Positions 1 through 8,942 are shown, numbered from the stretch's first letter. The stretch: 64,000 nt of DNA from a virus (IMGVR_UViG_3300028025_000089); one strand, 5' to 3'. Notes: generated by a model not told the origin, from the letters alone. Translations and numbers: made by a program.

Positions 1-159
1 CCGTATCCCCCCCATATATGACATTTTGACGGGTGAAAGGGGGGTTCAATCCCCTCTATAAAGTATTCGTAAAAAATTTCCAGAAAAATTTTTGGGAAAA
101 AATTGGAACTATTTCTCCCTATATATGAAAGGAGTATATTTATTAGAAAAGAATATATT

Positions 160-537
160 ATGAAAAGAACTATAAGATTAACAGAAAGAGATTTAACCAA
201 TATTGTAAAAAGGGTTATTAAAGAAGATGATGTAGATTTTATTAGATTAACAAGAAGAGGGGGTTATCCTATAATCACAAGTTTACATCTTATGAATATT
301 ATATTGGATGAACTTTCTTCAGAACTATCTGACCAATATGGTTTACCTGAATATGACCCATCTTCAAAAGAGCCCATTCCTGATCACTTACTTCCATATT
401 TAGATGAGATTAAAGATTTAGTGAAAGGTGTTGATACACTCCCAATATGGGATGGAGTGCATGATGCGGTATTAGACGATTTGAATGTCCAAGACTTTAT
501 AGGTCGTGTAATATCTGATTATGAAGAAGATAACTAA
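160..537 (+). CDS. Leader-tag family protein (MKRTIRLTERDLTNIVKRVIKE + novel acidic payload)
   Basis: ATG at 160 preferred over track start 103: follows ATATTTAT and begins the shared leader. Confidence 0.85.
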   Translation: MKRTIRLTERDLTNIVKRVIKEDDVDFIRLTRRGGYPIITSLHLMNIILDELSSELSDQYGLPEYDPSSKEPIPDHLLPYLDEIKDLVKGVDTLPIWDGVHDAVLDDLNVQDFIGRVISDYEEDN

Positions 538-546
538 AAAGTTTTT

Positions 547-573
547 AACCCCTCCCTTAAAGAGGGGTTTTTT
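547..573 (+). terminator. Intrinsic terminator
   Basis: AACCCCTC/GAGGGGTT stem plus T-run after stop. Confidence 0.85.
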
Positions 574-610
574 ATTTTATGATATATTTATATGAAAAAA
601 GAATTGTATT

Positions 611-931
611 ATGAAAAAAGTAATTAGATTAACAGAAAGAGATTTAACAAGAATTGTTAGACGAGTAATTAATGAAAGAGACTTCTCACCAAATGTGGTT
701 AAATATGATAAAGGTATGAGAGGTGGGGAAAACCCACTTAGAGATAGAAGAATTCCTGAGAGCAATTTCAACGAAGGGGATATTGTAACAATCAATAGAT
801 ATGGAAAAGAAGGTGAAGTTGTAAATGTTATGTTTGATCATGACAATAATAATTTCATATATCAAGTTAGAGCTGAACTACCTAGTGGGAAAAGTTATAT
901 GGGTGAATTCACAGACGAAGAACTATCTTAA
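611..931 (+). CDS. Leader-tag family protein, possible SH3/KOW-like payload
   Basis: MKKVIRLTERDLTRIVRRVINE; payload GDIVTINRYGKEGEVVNV..YQV resembles a small beta-barrel. Confidence 0.85.
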   Translation: MKKVIRLTERDLTRIVRRVINERDFSPNVVKYDKGMRGGENPLRDRRIPESNFNEGDIVTINRYGKEGEVVNVMFDHDNNNFIYQVRAELPSGKSYMGEFTDEELS

Positions 932-954
932 AAAAAAATAAAGAACTATATATT

Positions 955-983
955 AATCCCCCACCTCATCAGTGGGGTTTTTT
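955..983 (+). terminator. Intrinsic terminator (CCCCACCT..GTGGGG family)
   Basis: CCCCAC/GTGGGG stem plus T-run. Confidence 0.85.
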
Positions 984-1006
984 ATTTTTCATTATATTTA
1001 TCTAAT

Positions 1007-1420
1007 ATGAAAATCATAAGACTTACTGAATCTGATCTAACTAATATCGTTAAACGAGTGATTCGTGAAAATGACTCTATGTTAGAAAAAAACAAGAAGT
1101 TCTTAACCAATCTTATGGGTATTGATTTCACAGGTAAAATCGAACAAATAACCTCAATTTATGATGTTCCAATGGAATTTGATAGATATATTTCAACTGG
1201 AATGATTAATCGTTATTTAAACAAATTTGGACCTATGTATCTTTTTGAACTTGACGGACACAGGTATCTTTATTTGGATGTGGGGGATCATGAGAAGTTT
1301 ATTGATGAAAAAGGAAATGTTTTTATTGAAAATGAAATTCCCGAAAGACTTGGACTCGATGAAATTGGTTTAAGGTTTTCTAATATTATTGATCTGTATT
1401 TCAAAGAAGAGGATTTCTAA
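1007..1420 (+). CDS. Leader-tag family protein
   Basis: MKIIRLTESDLTNIVKRVIRE leader, ATATTTAT upstream. Confidence 0.85.
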   Translation: MKIIRLTESDLTNIVKRVIRENDSMLEKNKKFLTNLMGIDFTGKIEQITSIYDVPMEFDRYISTGMINRYLNKFGPMYLFELDGHRYLYLDVGDHEKFIDEKGNVFIENEIPERLGLDEIGLRFSNIIDLYFKEEDF

Positions 1421-1423
1421 AAC

Positions 1424-1519
1424 ATGACCCCCCATTTCAATTATAGTCAAATACTGAAAAAAAATTTCCAGAAAAATTTTGACGAAGACGATGATGATTA
1501 TTATTACGGTGGTGAATGA
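1424..1519 (+). CDS. Possible 31-aa micro-ORF or gene remnant
   Basis: MTPHFNYSQILKKNFQKNFDEDDDDYYYGGE; starts 3 nt after the previous stop. Confidence 0.3.
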   Translation: MTPHFNYSQILKKNFQKNFDEDDDDYYYGGE

Positions 1520-1559
1520 CCTGGTGGTCGTTGGTAATTAAAAGAAATAGATAAGATCT

Positions 1560-1588
1560 AACCCCATTTCTAAAGAGTGGGGTTTTTT
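1560..1588 (+). terminator. Intrinsic terminator
   Basis: AACCCCA..GTGGGGTT plus T-run. Confidence 0.8.
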
Positions 1589-1753
1589 ATTTTTCTTCCT
1601 TTTTGTGGGGTGCCGGAAACCGAAACCCGACTTCGTCGGAAAAAATCGACCGACCGAACCCTTCGGGTTTTATTTTGTTTTATATAATAACTTATTTAAT
1701 GATCCATTCAGAAAAAGGTGTCTATTGATATATTTATAATAAAATATTTTAAT

Positions 1754-2065
1754 ATGAAAAGAATTGTAAGATTAACTGAGTCAGATTTGGCTCGAATCGT
1801 TAGACGAGTTATTAAAGAAGAAAGTCAATCCGTTGACACTGTTTGTCTTGAACGAGCGGGATATAAGGAAACGATCATTGGGGGTCCTCAAGTAAGACGA
1901 ATTAGATATCAGAAACAAACTGGTAACGTTTTAAGATCAATAGACTCTAAAACTAATATCATGGAAAAATTTGTTGGGGACAAAAAATACGAATGTAATT
2001 GTTCTTGTAGCGATGGAAAGGTTACAGAATCAAATTGTAAAGAAGTAGTGAATTCGATTTATTAG
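1754..2065 (+). CDS. Leader-tag family protein, Cys-rich payload
   Basis: ATG 1754: MKRIVRLTESDLARIVRRVIKE; CxCxC near the C-terminus. Confidence 0.85.
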   Translation: MKRIVRLTESDLARIVRRVIKEESQSVDTVCLERAGYKETIIGGPQVRRIRYQKQTGNVLRSIDSKTNIMEKFVGDKKYECNCSCSDGKVTESNCKEVVNSIY

Positions 2066-2097
2066 ATTTTATATCTCAAAGTGAAAAAATATTATAG

Positions 2098-2121
2098 ACC
2101 CCGGATTAATTTGGGGTTTTT
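2098..2121 (+). terminator. Intrinsic terminator
   Basis: ACCCCGG/TTGGGGT stem plus T-run. Confidence 0.7.
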
Positions 2122-2219
2122 GGTTTATATGATAAATTATTTAATGATCCATTAAGAAAACAAGGTTTTTTTTAATTTTCGATATATTTATTAGTAAATT
2201 AAATAAAAAAAAATAAGTT

Positions 2220-2525
2220 ATGAAAAAAATTATTAGACTTACAGAATCAGATTTAACAAGAATTGTTAGACGAGTTATTAATGAAGCCGCAAGAAACGTA
2301 GGTAAAACATTTACCGCTGATGGTGACACATATCAAGCAACTGTTGGTGCTGGAGATAAGATTTTCTATTGGGGATCAAAATCTCAATCTAAAGCTACGG
2401 GACAGACTGTGGAAAAACTTAATAAAATGTCAGGGTATAACATACCAGCATCTAATGGGGAAATATCAATCGGATATATTCAAAAAAATCCTGGTTTTAA
2501 AACTACATTGAGAGAACTTATTTAA
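2220..2525 (+). CDS. Leader-tag family protein
   Basis: MKKIIRLTESDLTRIVRRVINE-A. Confidence 0.85.
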   Translation: MKKIIRLTESDLTRIVRRVINEAARNVGKTFTADGDTYQATVGAGDKIFYWGSKSQSKATGQTVEKLNKMSGYNIPASNGEISIGYIQKNPGFKTTLRELI

Positions 2526-2578
2526 TATAAAATTAAAATATTAGATTAATTTTTATCCCCTTAAAAAAAATATGATCT

Positions 2579-2603
2579 AACCCCACCTCAAGTGGGGTTT
2601 TTT
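2579..2603 (+). terminator. Intrinsic terminator (CCCCACCT family)
   Basis: AACCCCAC/GTGGGGTT plus T-run. Confidence 0.85.
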
Positions 2604-2625
2604 GTTTTATATAGTATTTATTATT

Positions 2626-3036
2626 ATGGATCATCTAATTAAAAGAATTATTAACGAAACACTTATTGAAAAGTTCTTTGATTCCATGTTTTCTGATTTA
2701 AATTTAGATAATTTGGAATCTATGGTTATTAGAGACAATAGAAGTGTTCATAAAACTAGTGTTGGGTATTATACCCCTGATCTAAAAAAACCTGATCTAA
2801 AAAAAATGGTCTTTAGAGTTGTAGAACCATTTAAAAGTTCCTACTGGGATTCAGATGATCCACAAAGTAGAATTAGACCAATTAATCATCCAAAAAGTTT
2901 ATATATTAGAGAAGATATATATAACACAATTATGGATTATATCCCTAATAAAAAAATGGTAGTTGATTGGTTCAATAAAAGATATGATCAGAATGTTGAA
3001 CAAATACTAAACGGAGGATTTCATTTATTTTTATGA
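2626..3036 (+). CDS. Hypothetical protein with short leader variant (MDHLIKRIINE)
   Basis: ATG 2626 after GTATTTAT. Confidence 0.75.
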   Translation: MDHLIKRIINETLIEKFFDSMFSDLNLDNLESMVIRDNRSVHKTSVGYYTPDLKKPDLKKMVFRVVEPFKSSYWDSDDPQSRIRPINHPKSLYIREDIYNTIMDYIPNKKMVVDWFNKRYDQNVEQILNGGFHLFL

Positions 3037-3365
3037 AAATAATAATTACAGAAGATCAAGTTGAATCTCTTAGAAAGATCAAAGTCTTAGAAAACTATAT
3101 TGATAATATTTTATCTGAATATCCTTGGTATGAAGGAATCGATGGTGTTAAAGTTGAACCATTTATGTTTAGACATCCAGAATCATATAAGGTTCCATTG
3201 TATAGGTTTAATATCAAAACAAACGATCATGAACAATCATTTCATGATGGAGAATCAGATAACTCACCCATAACAAATGATATTGATGAGATGTTTGAGT
3301 CATTATTTCCAAAGAAAGATGGTAAATGGACCGCAGTTTGGGTGTTTAATTTTGTTGATGCATGA
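3033..3365 (+). CDS. Hypothetical protein, MKIIITEDQ leader variant
   Basis: ATGA overlap with the upstream stop. Confidence 0.8.
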   Translation: MKIIITEDQVESLRKIKVLENYIDNILSEYPWYEGIDGVKVEPFMFRHPESYKVPLYRFNIKTNDHEQSFHDGESDNSPITNDIDEMFESLFPKKDGKWTAVWVFNFVDA

Positions 3366-3817
3366 AAATAAATATTGGAAATGAAAAACTAAAAAATATG
3401 TTAAAGAAACTCTTTGAAAACAAGGAGTTTGAAATGACGCTCAAAGATACTGAACATGATGGTTGGGATGGGTATGACTATGTTACGAAAGATGTTATTT
3501 ATGAATTTAAATTTCATGTCGTTGTTAGAAGTGTTATTGGTAAAGGAATAGATGCTGTTGGTGATATGGATATTATTATTGATTCTATAACAAAAAATGG
3601 TGATGACTATTATCATAATTGGGCTGATAATAATTATAGTGATAGGGTATGGTATATTAATGAACTTGATGAAATGTTTTATCTTGATTACTTGGAAGTT
3701 TTACCATTTAGTGTTTTTACAACTGTTTATGGTTATGATGAAAAAAGAAAAGGTGAAAGTGTGATTGATGAATCTTTAATTAAAAGAGTTATTAAAGAAA
3801 TTTTAAAAGAAAAATAA
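3362..3817 (+). CDS. Hypothetical acidic protein with leader-like motif at its C-terminus
   Basis: ATGA coupling; ends IDESLIKRVIKEILKEK. Confidence 0.8.
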   Translation: MKINIGNEKLKNMLKKLFENKEFEMTLKDTEHDGWDGYDYVTKDVIYEFKFHVVVRSVIGKGIDAVGDMDIIIDSITKNGDDYYHNWADNNYSDRVWYINELDEMFYLDYLEVLPFSVFTTVYGYDEKRKGESVIDESLIKRVIKEILKEK

Positions 3818-3818
3818 G

Positions 3819-3830
3819 ATATTTATAAAT
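3819..3830 (+). promoter_or_regulatory. Putative phage late-class promoter ATATTTAT (representative of dozens)
   Basis: (A/G)TATTTAT lies roughly 10-35 nt upstream of leader-tag and head genes; this copy is ATATTTATAAAT. Confidence 0.65.
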
Positions 3831-3840
3831 AAAAAATGTC

Positions 3841-4284
3841 ATGAAAAAATTAATTAGATTAACAGAGACAGATTTGGCTCGAATTGTTAGAAAAGTAATC
3901 ATCGAAGAAATGGAAGATGTAAAAACTAATGATACTTTTGACTTTAGTCAAACTGAAAAAAAATTATTTGATAGGTTCCTTACGGAAAAAAACGGTTTTG
4001 AATATGTGGATACTAAAGGAGATGGTGATGTATACGCTTTAAAAAGAAGAGGGTTTACAATAGTATTAATGGTAAAACCATCAAATGACCCATCTAAATT
4101 ATATATTCAAATTTATGTTAAATTACCAATGGGTAAAATTATTAATTATTTAAATGAAGTTCAGGGTAAATCAGGTATGGAGTTAAAAATGACTGACTAT
4201 AATGGATTGATTAAACAAATACAGGGAGCGATTAATTTTGGTAAGGCTCAATATGATTATGACACTCTTCCACCACTAAAATAA
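3841..4284 (+). CDS. Leader-tag family protein
   Basis: MKKLIRLTETDLARIVRKVIIE. Confidence 0.85.
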   Translation: MKKLIRLTETDLARIVRKVIIEEMEDVKTNDTFDFSQTEKKLFDRFLTEKNGFEYVDTKGDGDVYALKRRGFTIVLMVKPSNDPSKLYIQIYVKLPMGKIINYLNEVQGKSGMELKMTDYNGLIKQIQGAINFGKAQYDYDTLPPLK

Positions 4285-4304
4285 AGAAAAAAAAATAAAA
4301 TTTT

Positions 4305-4342
4305 AAAATCCCCCTACTCTTTTGACTGGTGGATTTTTTTTT
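4305..4342 (+). terminator. Intrinsic terminator (TCTTTTGACTGG-loop family)
   Basis: AAAATCC/GGATTTT plus T-run; loop related to those at 5138 and 6691. Confidence 0.75.
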
Positions 4343-4375
4343 GTATCAATTATATATTTATAAATAAAAAATGTC

Positions 4376-4726
4376 ATGAAAAAAATAGTTAAATTAACAG
4401 AAAGTGATTTATCTCGTATTGTTAAACGAGTTATTAATGAACAACCAATTGATGATTATACCTCACAAAGTATCCACAGTAAGTTGGTTCACTACGGTGA
4501 TACTATGGACCAAGAATATAAAAGAATTAAAAATATTAGAGAAGAACTTGATAACTCAATAAGAATGCATCTTAGAAGGGGTTCAATTTCAGATATTTTT
4601 GATCAAGGAAAAAGGACTCCATCTGATATCTCTGATCTTGTTAGACAGTTAACAAGTAAAATGGGTCAATTGGAAAGCACTGTTAGCCAATATAAAAGAA
4701 TGATTAGAAACGCAATAACTGACTAA
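4376..4726 (+). CDS. Leader-tag family protein, helical payload
   Basis: MKKIVKLTESDLSRIVKRVINE. Confidence 0.85.
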   Translation: MKKIVKLTESDLSRIVKRVINEQPIDDYTSQSIHSKLVHYGDTMDQEYKRIKNIREELDNSIRMHLRRGSISDIFDQGKRTPSDISDLVRQLTSKMGQLESTVSQYKRMIRNAITD

Positions 4727-4748
4727 ATTAATATTGTAGAAAATACAA

Positions 4749-5096
4749 ATGAAAAAAATAGTTAGACTTACAGAATCAGATTTGATTCGAATTGTTAAAC
4801 AAGTTTTGAATGAAGAAAGTGATGTAGCTGTTGGAGGAAAACCAAAAGGTTATGACGAATTTCAAAAAAAATGTATCACAAAAAATAAAGGAAGTTTTAG
4901 AACTTACTCTAGTAATAGAACACTTTTAAAATGCACTAAAACTGAAGGGTCGTTTTTTCATCCCGAAGAAAGAGATAGTTTATGGGTTAATAATAACCCT
5001 TACAATCCTAAAGATACAGGTATAAACGGATCGTGGAAATTTGAAAACGGAAAAATAACTTTACATAACGCCTTAAAAGGTGATAAAACATTATAA
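4749..5096 (+). CDS. Leader-tag family protein
   Basis: MKKIVRLTESDLIRIVKQVLNE. Confidence 0.85.
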   Translation: MKKIVRLTESDLIRIVKQVLNEESDVAVGGKPKGYDEFQKKCITKNKGSFRTYSSNRTLLKCTKTEGSFFHPEERDSLWVNNNPYNPKDTGINGSWKFENGKITLHNALKGDKTL

Positions 5097-5103
5097 ATAA
5101 ATT

Positions 5104-5168
5104 AACCCCACCTCATCGAGTGGGGTTTTTTGTTTTTCTCCCTTTCTTTTGACTGGGGGATTTTTTTT
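5104..5168 (+). terminator. Tandem intrinsic terminators
   Basis: AACCCCAC/GTGGGGTT+T-run, then TCCC..GGGGA+T-run. Confidence 0.8.
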
Positions 5169-5183
5169 GTCTATATTTTTTTT

Positions 5184-5744
5184 ATGAGTCACGATCAACT
5201 TAAGAAATTACGGCAAAATGACGATTTCATAAATGAAATGTTAAACCGACCTATCACCTCTTACTCCCAATTTAAACAAAGAGAAGAGGATACTAAGGTA
5301 TTATTTTTGATTAGAGACAAATATCTAAAACTTCTTGGTGAATTTATTGAGAGTTCATACCCCGATTTAAGATTTGATATTCATATTAAAAATAGAGACC
5401 CAAAAGAACAAAGACCTTATTGGTATGGTCACACCTACATGGAATTGGTAATATTTGATGTTATAATTCAACCAATTTATAATCCCATGACTTTCGAACC
5501 TGTTTATAGAACAACAACCTATAAGGATAGTATTAATATGGAAATGATTTATAATGAAATTGAGTCGTTTATTCCTGATATTAATAAACACCTGATGATC
5601 ACTTTCACACCTCACTTTACTCCCGATCAAATAAATCATACTACACAATTTTATGATATTCCATCTTTTGAATGTTGGGAAAGGTATTGGAAAAATGAAA
5701 ATTATAAACGCCCATATCAAGGTGAATTTAACCCCAATTATTAA
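5184..5744 (+). CDS. Hypothetical protein
   Basis: First ATG after the terminator. Confidence 0.75.
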   Translation: MSHDQLKKLRQNDDFINEMLNRPITSYSQFKQREEDTKVLFLIRDKYLKLLGEFIESSYPDLRFDIHIKNRDPKEQRPYWYGHTYMELVIFDVIIQPIYNPMTFEPVYRTTTYKDSINMEMIYNEIESFIPDINKHLMITFTPHFTPDQINHTTQFYDIPSFECWERYWKNENYKRPYQGEFNPNY

Positions 5745-5749
5745 TAAGA

Positions 5750-6004
5750 ATGGAAGAAACTAAATTAAAGGTTTCCGTAGAGGTAACCATAGAAGATGAT
5801 AATAATTTTTTATTTAATATTCTCGCTCCGCAATCTATGGATCGTAATATGATTAGGTCTGTATTGGCTGGTGGTGTTGCTCTATCTATTAGAGCAGAAG
5901 ACAATCCTAAAGATCAGGGAAGGGCTTTAAAAGATGTTATTGATTATTTGGAGTCTGAGTTTATAGATCCAGACTCCTTTTCTGATGTGGAAACTTTCAT
6001 ATAA
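5750..6004 (+). CDS. Hypothetical protein
   Basis: ORF track, operon spacing. Confidence 0.75.
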   Translation: MEETKLKVSVEVTIEDDNNFLFNILAPQSMDRNMIRSVLAGGVALSIRAEDNPKDQGRALKDVIDYLESEFIDPDSFSDVETFI

Positions 6005-6050
6005 TTAATTTGATATACATAAAAATAAGTTTTGTCGTATATTTATTTTT

Positions 6051-6230
6051 ATGAATAACGAAGAAAAGGCAAAAGTGTATAATCAACTTATGTTTGAATA
6101 TACAAAAATTCAAAATAGAATTTCATCAATCAAAGGTGAATCTATAAATTTAAATCAAAATCAAATTAATGAAATTCGTGATCTTGAATCTCGACTAAAT
6201 CAAATCATGGTGAGCGCATCAAGATTGTAA
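6051..6230 (+). CDS. Small coiled-coil protein (59 aa, not in track)
   Basis: MNNEEKAKVYNQLMFEYTKIQNRISSIKGE...; ATATTTAT upstream. Confidence 0.7.
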   Translation: MNNEEKAKVYNQLMFEYTKIQNRISSIKGESINLNQNQINEIRDLESRLNQIMVSASRL

Positions 6231-6243
6231 ATTAAATTAAGAA

Positions 6244-6672
6244 ATGGAAAAATTAAATTTTAATGAAATGTTAAACAAGTGTTGGGAAACTGCACTTGGT
6301 ATGACAAAAATGGCAAAACTTTATCAAGGATCATCACCACATGATTTAAGTTTCATTCATTGTATTTTTAGAGGAAATGATGAATACGCAACCATCATGG
6401 TTAATTGCACAAGTCACGGGAAAATATCAGTTCAAACTGTTGATAGTCCTTATTTGGATGATTTAGTAATTCACCCCCCACTTCAAATGACACAAGAAGA
6501 GTCTGAACAATATTTAATTAAAGCAGGATACACAGGACGATGGTCAGTTGTTTTGTTAAGAGCACCACTTTATTCTGTTCATTATCCACCATTATATATT
6601 TATACGGTGGAAAATGTTGGATACATCGCAGTTGATTCAACAAACGGTGATAATGTATTTCCTTTATATTAA
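6244..6672 (+). CDS. Hypothetical protein
   Basis: ORF track; terminator follows. Confidence 0.75.
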   Translation: MEKLNFNEMLNKCWETALGMTKMAKLYQGSSPHDLSFIHCIFRGNDEYATIMVNCTSHGKISVQTVDSPYLDDLVIHPPLQMTQEESEQYLIKAGYTGRWSVVLLRAPLYSVHYPPLYIYTVENVGYIAVDSTNGDNVFPLY

Positions 6673-6690
6673 ATAAATTAAATAAAATTT

Positions 6691-6724
6691 TAATCCCCCT
6701 TTCTATTGATTGGGGGATTTTTTT
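6691..6724 (+). terminator. Intrinsic terminator
   Basis: AATCCCCC/GGGGGATT plus T-run. Confidence 0.85.
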
Positions 6725-6751
6725 TATGTATAATTTTAAAAAAAAATATTT

Positions 6752-7207
6752 ATGAAAACAGTTATCTTTATCTTTAGTTTATTTATCTCTTTAAACCTTT
6801 CAGCTCAGTGGGTTTATAAAACAATTACCGATGGATTCGATGATCCATATAAAATCGCTTACACAGACAACCCAACAGGTGCATATTTAAAACTGGAAAA
6901 TGTTGATGGAAAAATCGCGTTCTACGTAAAAGGTGGTTATTTTTGTGATGACCAAGTATCTTACGATTTTGTTTTTCAACTTGGTGAGGAAGTTTATAAG
7001 GCTAGTGGAATTGGGGTCACCAGTAGTTCAAATGATATTGTATTCTTTACTGCCGATTTATTGAATGAAGAATATGAAACCGTTAATTGGTTTAAAAAAT
7101 GTTCCAAGTTAAAAATTCGAATTAATGAGTCATATTGCACTAATAGTTATTTTGAATTTAATATGAGTAAATCTACCTCAGCACTTGATTTTATGTCTAA
7201 ACCATAA
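6752..7207 (+). CDS. Secreted protein (Sec signal peptide)
   Basis: MKTVIFIFSLFISLNLSA-Q, Bacteroidota-style signal with +1 Gln. Confidence 0.8.
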   Translation: MKTVIFIFSLFISLNLSAQWVYKTITDGFDDPYKIAYTDNPTGAYLKLENVDGKIAFYVKGGYFCDDQVSYDFVFQLGEEVYKASGIGVTSSSNDIVFFTADLLNEEYETVNWFKKCSKLKIRINESYCTNSYFEFNMSKSTSALDFMSKP

Positions 7208-7220
7208 AATTGATTTTTAA

Positions 7221-7252
7221 TTTGGATAATCAAAATTAAAAACCTATATTTG
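7221..7252 (+). promoter_or_regulatory. Bacteroidota housekeeping-type promoter (TTTG..TATATTTG)
   Basis: Matches the -33 TTTG / -7 TAnnTTTG consensus. Confidence 0.7.
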
Positions 7253-7270
7253 TATAATAAAATTTATACA

Positions 7271-7441
7271 ATGTCAATCACTCTTATCATTTTAGCAATT
7301 CTTTCAATCCTTATTGTAAGATACATCATCAAAAAGTTTTTTGGTGTCATACTATTAATAGTTGGACTTTACCTTCTTTATAGTCAATTTCCATTTGTCT
7401 TTGTTGAAATAAAAAACCTTTTATTAAAGTTTTTTGTTTAA
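7271..7441 (+). CDS. Small membrane protein
   Basis: Two hydrophobic stretches; ATG 7271 lies downstream of the promoter. Confidence 0.7.
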   Translation: MSITLIILAILSILIVRYIIKKFFGVILLIVGLYLLYSQFPFVFVEIKNLLLKFFV

Positions 7442-7450
7442 TCCTTCAAT

Positions 7451-7476
7451 AACCCACTTAATAGAGTGGGTTTTTT
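7451..7476 (+). terminator. Intrinsic terminator
   Basis: AACCCACT/AGTGGGTT plus T-run. Confidence 0.8.
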
Positions 7477-7509
7477 ATTTTTGGTAATATTTATATAAAA
7501 ATATTAAAA

Positions 7510-8940
7510 ATGAAAAACATTATTATTACCGAAAACCAACTCAGATTGTTGATAAATAATTCGTTTGATTTAATCAAAGAAGAAAAAAGACCTTTTGAAA
7601 AATTAAAAGAATGTATAATTAGCGAAGACTATAAATATATTGTATACGATAATAACTTATATGATTCGCAAACGGGTAATCTAATTCCTATATCTGAAGG
7701 TTGGTCTTTGAGTGATATTTTACATACAGGTGCCGATGTTTTATCTGTTGCCGCTGATTTTATAATTCCAGGATCAGGAGCAATTATTGATACATTGAAT
7801 GCGTTGAGTTATATAATCGAAGCTCAATTTAAAACTGGACCTGAACAAGACAAACTTTATTTAATGGCGGCAATTACATTTGCATTTGTTGTTCTTCCTG
7901 GTCCATTACAAGCACTTTCTGCTCCTTTGAAAAGAGCAATTAAAACGGGTGCAGGTTTTGCGTCTAAGGCGGTCGTAAGAGGATTAAAAATTATTGGGGG
8001 AATTTTAGAATCAATCCTTGTAAAACTACCAGCAACGATTAGTAAAGCATTAAAATCCCCATTAGCCAAAAAAATATTAGGTAGGTTTTCAGGGAAAATT
8101 TCCAAGTTCTTTCAAAAATTTGCAATTAGAATTAGAAAAATTTTGGCACCATTAACTAAAGCCGGTGAAAAGGTGGTTAAAAAGGGCAGTCAAGAGGCTG
8201 GTGAAAAGGTGGTTAAAAAAGGTGCTGAAAAAGTAGTTGTAACAAATATTGTTCATCAAGCGGCCAAAAGGTTTTTCCAAAAAATACCAAAAATGTCTCA
8301 AGGAGGTAAAATTTTGAGAAAGGCTGGATTTGCACCAGGATTCGCTTATAGATACACTTCTAAGAAAGGTGCCACAACAACGGCAAAAATTATGAATATT
8401 AATGACAATGGTGTTTTAGTTATGTTTAAAAACGGTAATCAAATGACGGTTCCTGTAGAAACATTTGTACAAAGAGCTGTTGGTGCACCATGGTTAAGAA
8501 GAGGTGCGTCAACTTTAGTTCCATTATTTATAAAAAGATTTTTTGATATGGTAACACCTGATGGATCGGGTATTGACTACAAAAAATTAGATCAACTCAA
8601 AGATTTAGATCCGGCTAAAACTTCTAAAGAATCTTTAGATTATCTAATGGAGGAAGTTGCTGATTACGAAGGAGATACAGGAACTTATAATGTGTCAACA
8701 AACGTAACTGACTTCCAAAATGCTCTTGAGTTGTTGGGTTATAAATTAGTTAGAGCTGGTGCAGACGGTAAATTTGGTCCTGAAACAAAGGAACAATTAA
8801 CAAAATTCCAAAACGATAATAAACTTACATCTTCAATAGGAAAAATGGATAGAGTAACTGCAAGAAAATTGGCGGAACTTTTAAAAACTAAAAATATTCC
8901 TAATTCCTTAGATTTACAAAATAAATTAAACAAAGTATAA
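7510..8940 (+). CDS. Leader-variant protein with hydrophobic central helices and C-terminal peptidoglycan-binding domain (PG_binding_1-like)
   Basis: MKNIIITENQL; C-term VTDFQNALELLGY..ADGKFGPETKEQLTKFQ..GKMDRVT. Confidence 0.8.
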   Translation: MKNIIITENQLRLLINNSFDLIKEEKRPFEKLKECIISEDYKYIVYDNNLYDSQTGNLIPISEGWSLSDILHTGADVLSVAADFIIPGSGAIIDTLNALSYIIEAQFKTGPEQDKLYLMAAITFAFVVLPGPLQALSAPLKRAIKTGAGFASKAVVRGLKIIGGILESILVKLPATISKALKSPLAKKILGRFSGKISKFFQKFAIRIRKILAPLTKAGEKVVKKGSQEAGEKVVKKGAEKVVVTNIVHQAAKRFFQKIPKMSQGGKILRKAGFAPGFAYRYTSKKGATTTAKIMNINDNGVLVMFKNGNQMTVPVETFVQRAVGAPWLRRGASTLVPLFIKRFFDMVTPDGSGIDYKKLDQLKDLDPAKTSKESLDYLMEEVADYEGDTGTYNVSTNVTDFQNALELLGYKLVRAGADGKFGPETKEQLTKFQNDNKLTSSIGKMDRVTARKLAELLKTKNIPNSLDLQNKLNKV

Positions 8941-8942
8941 AA

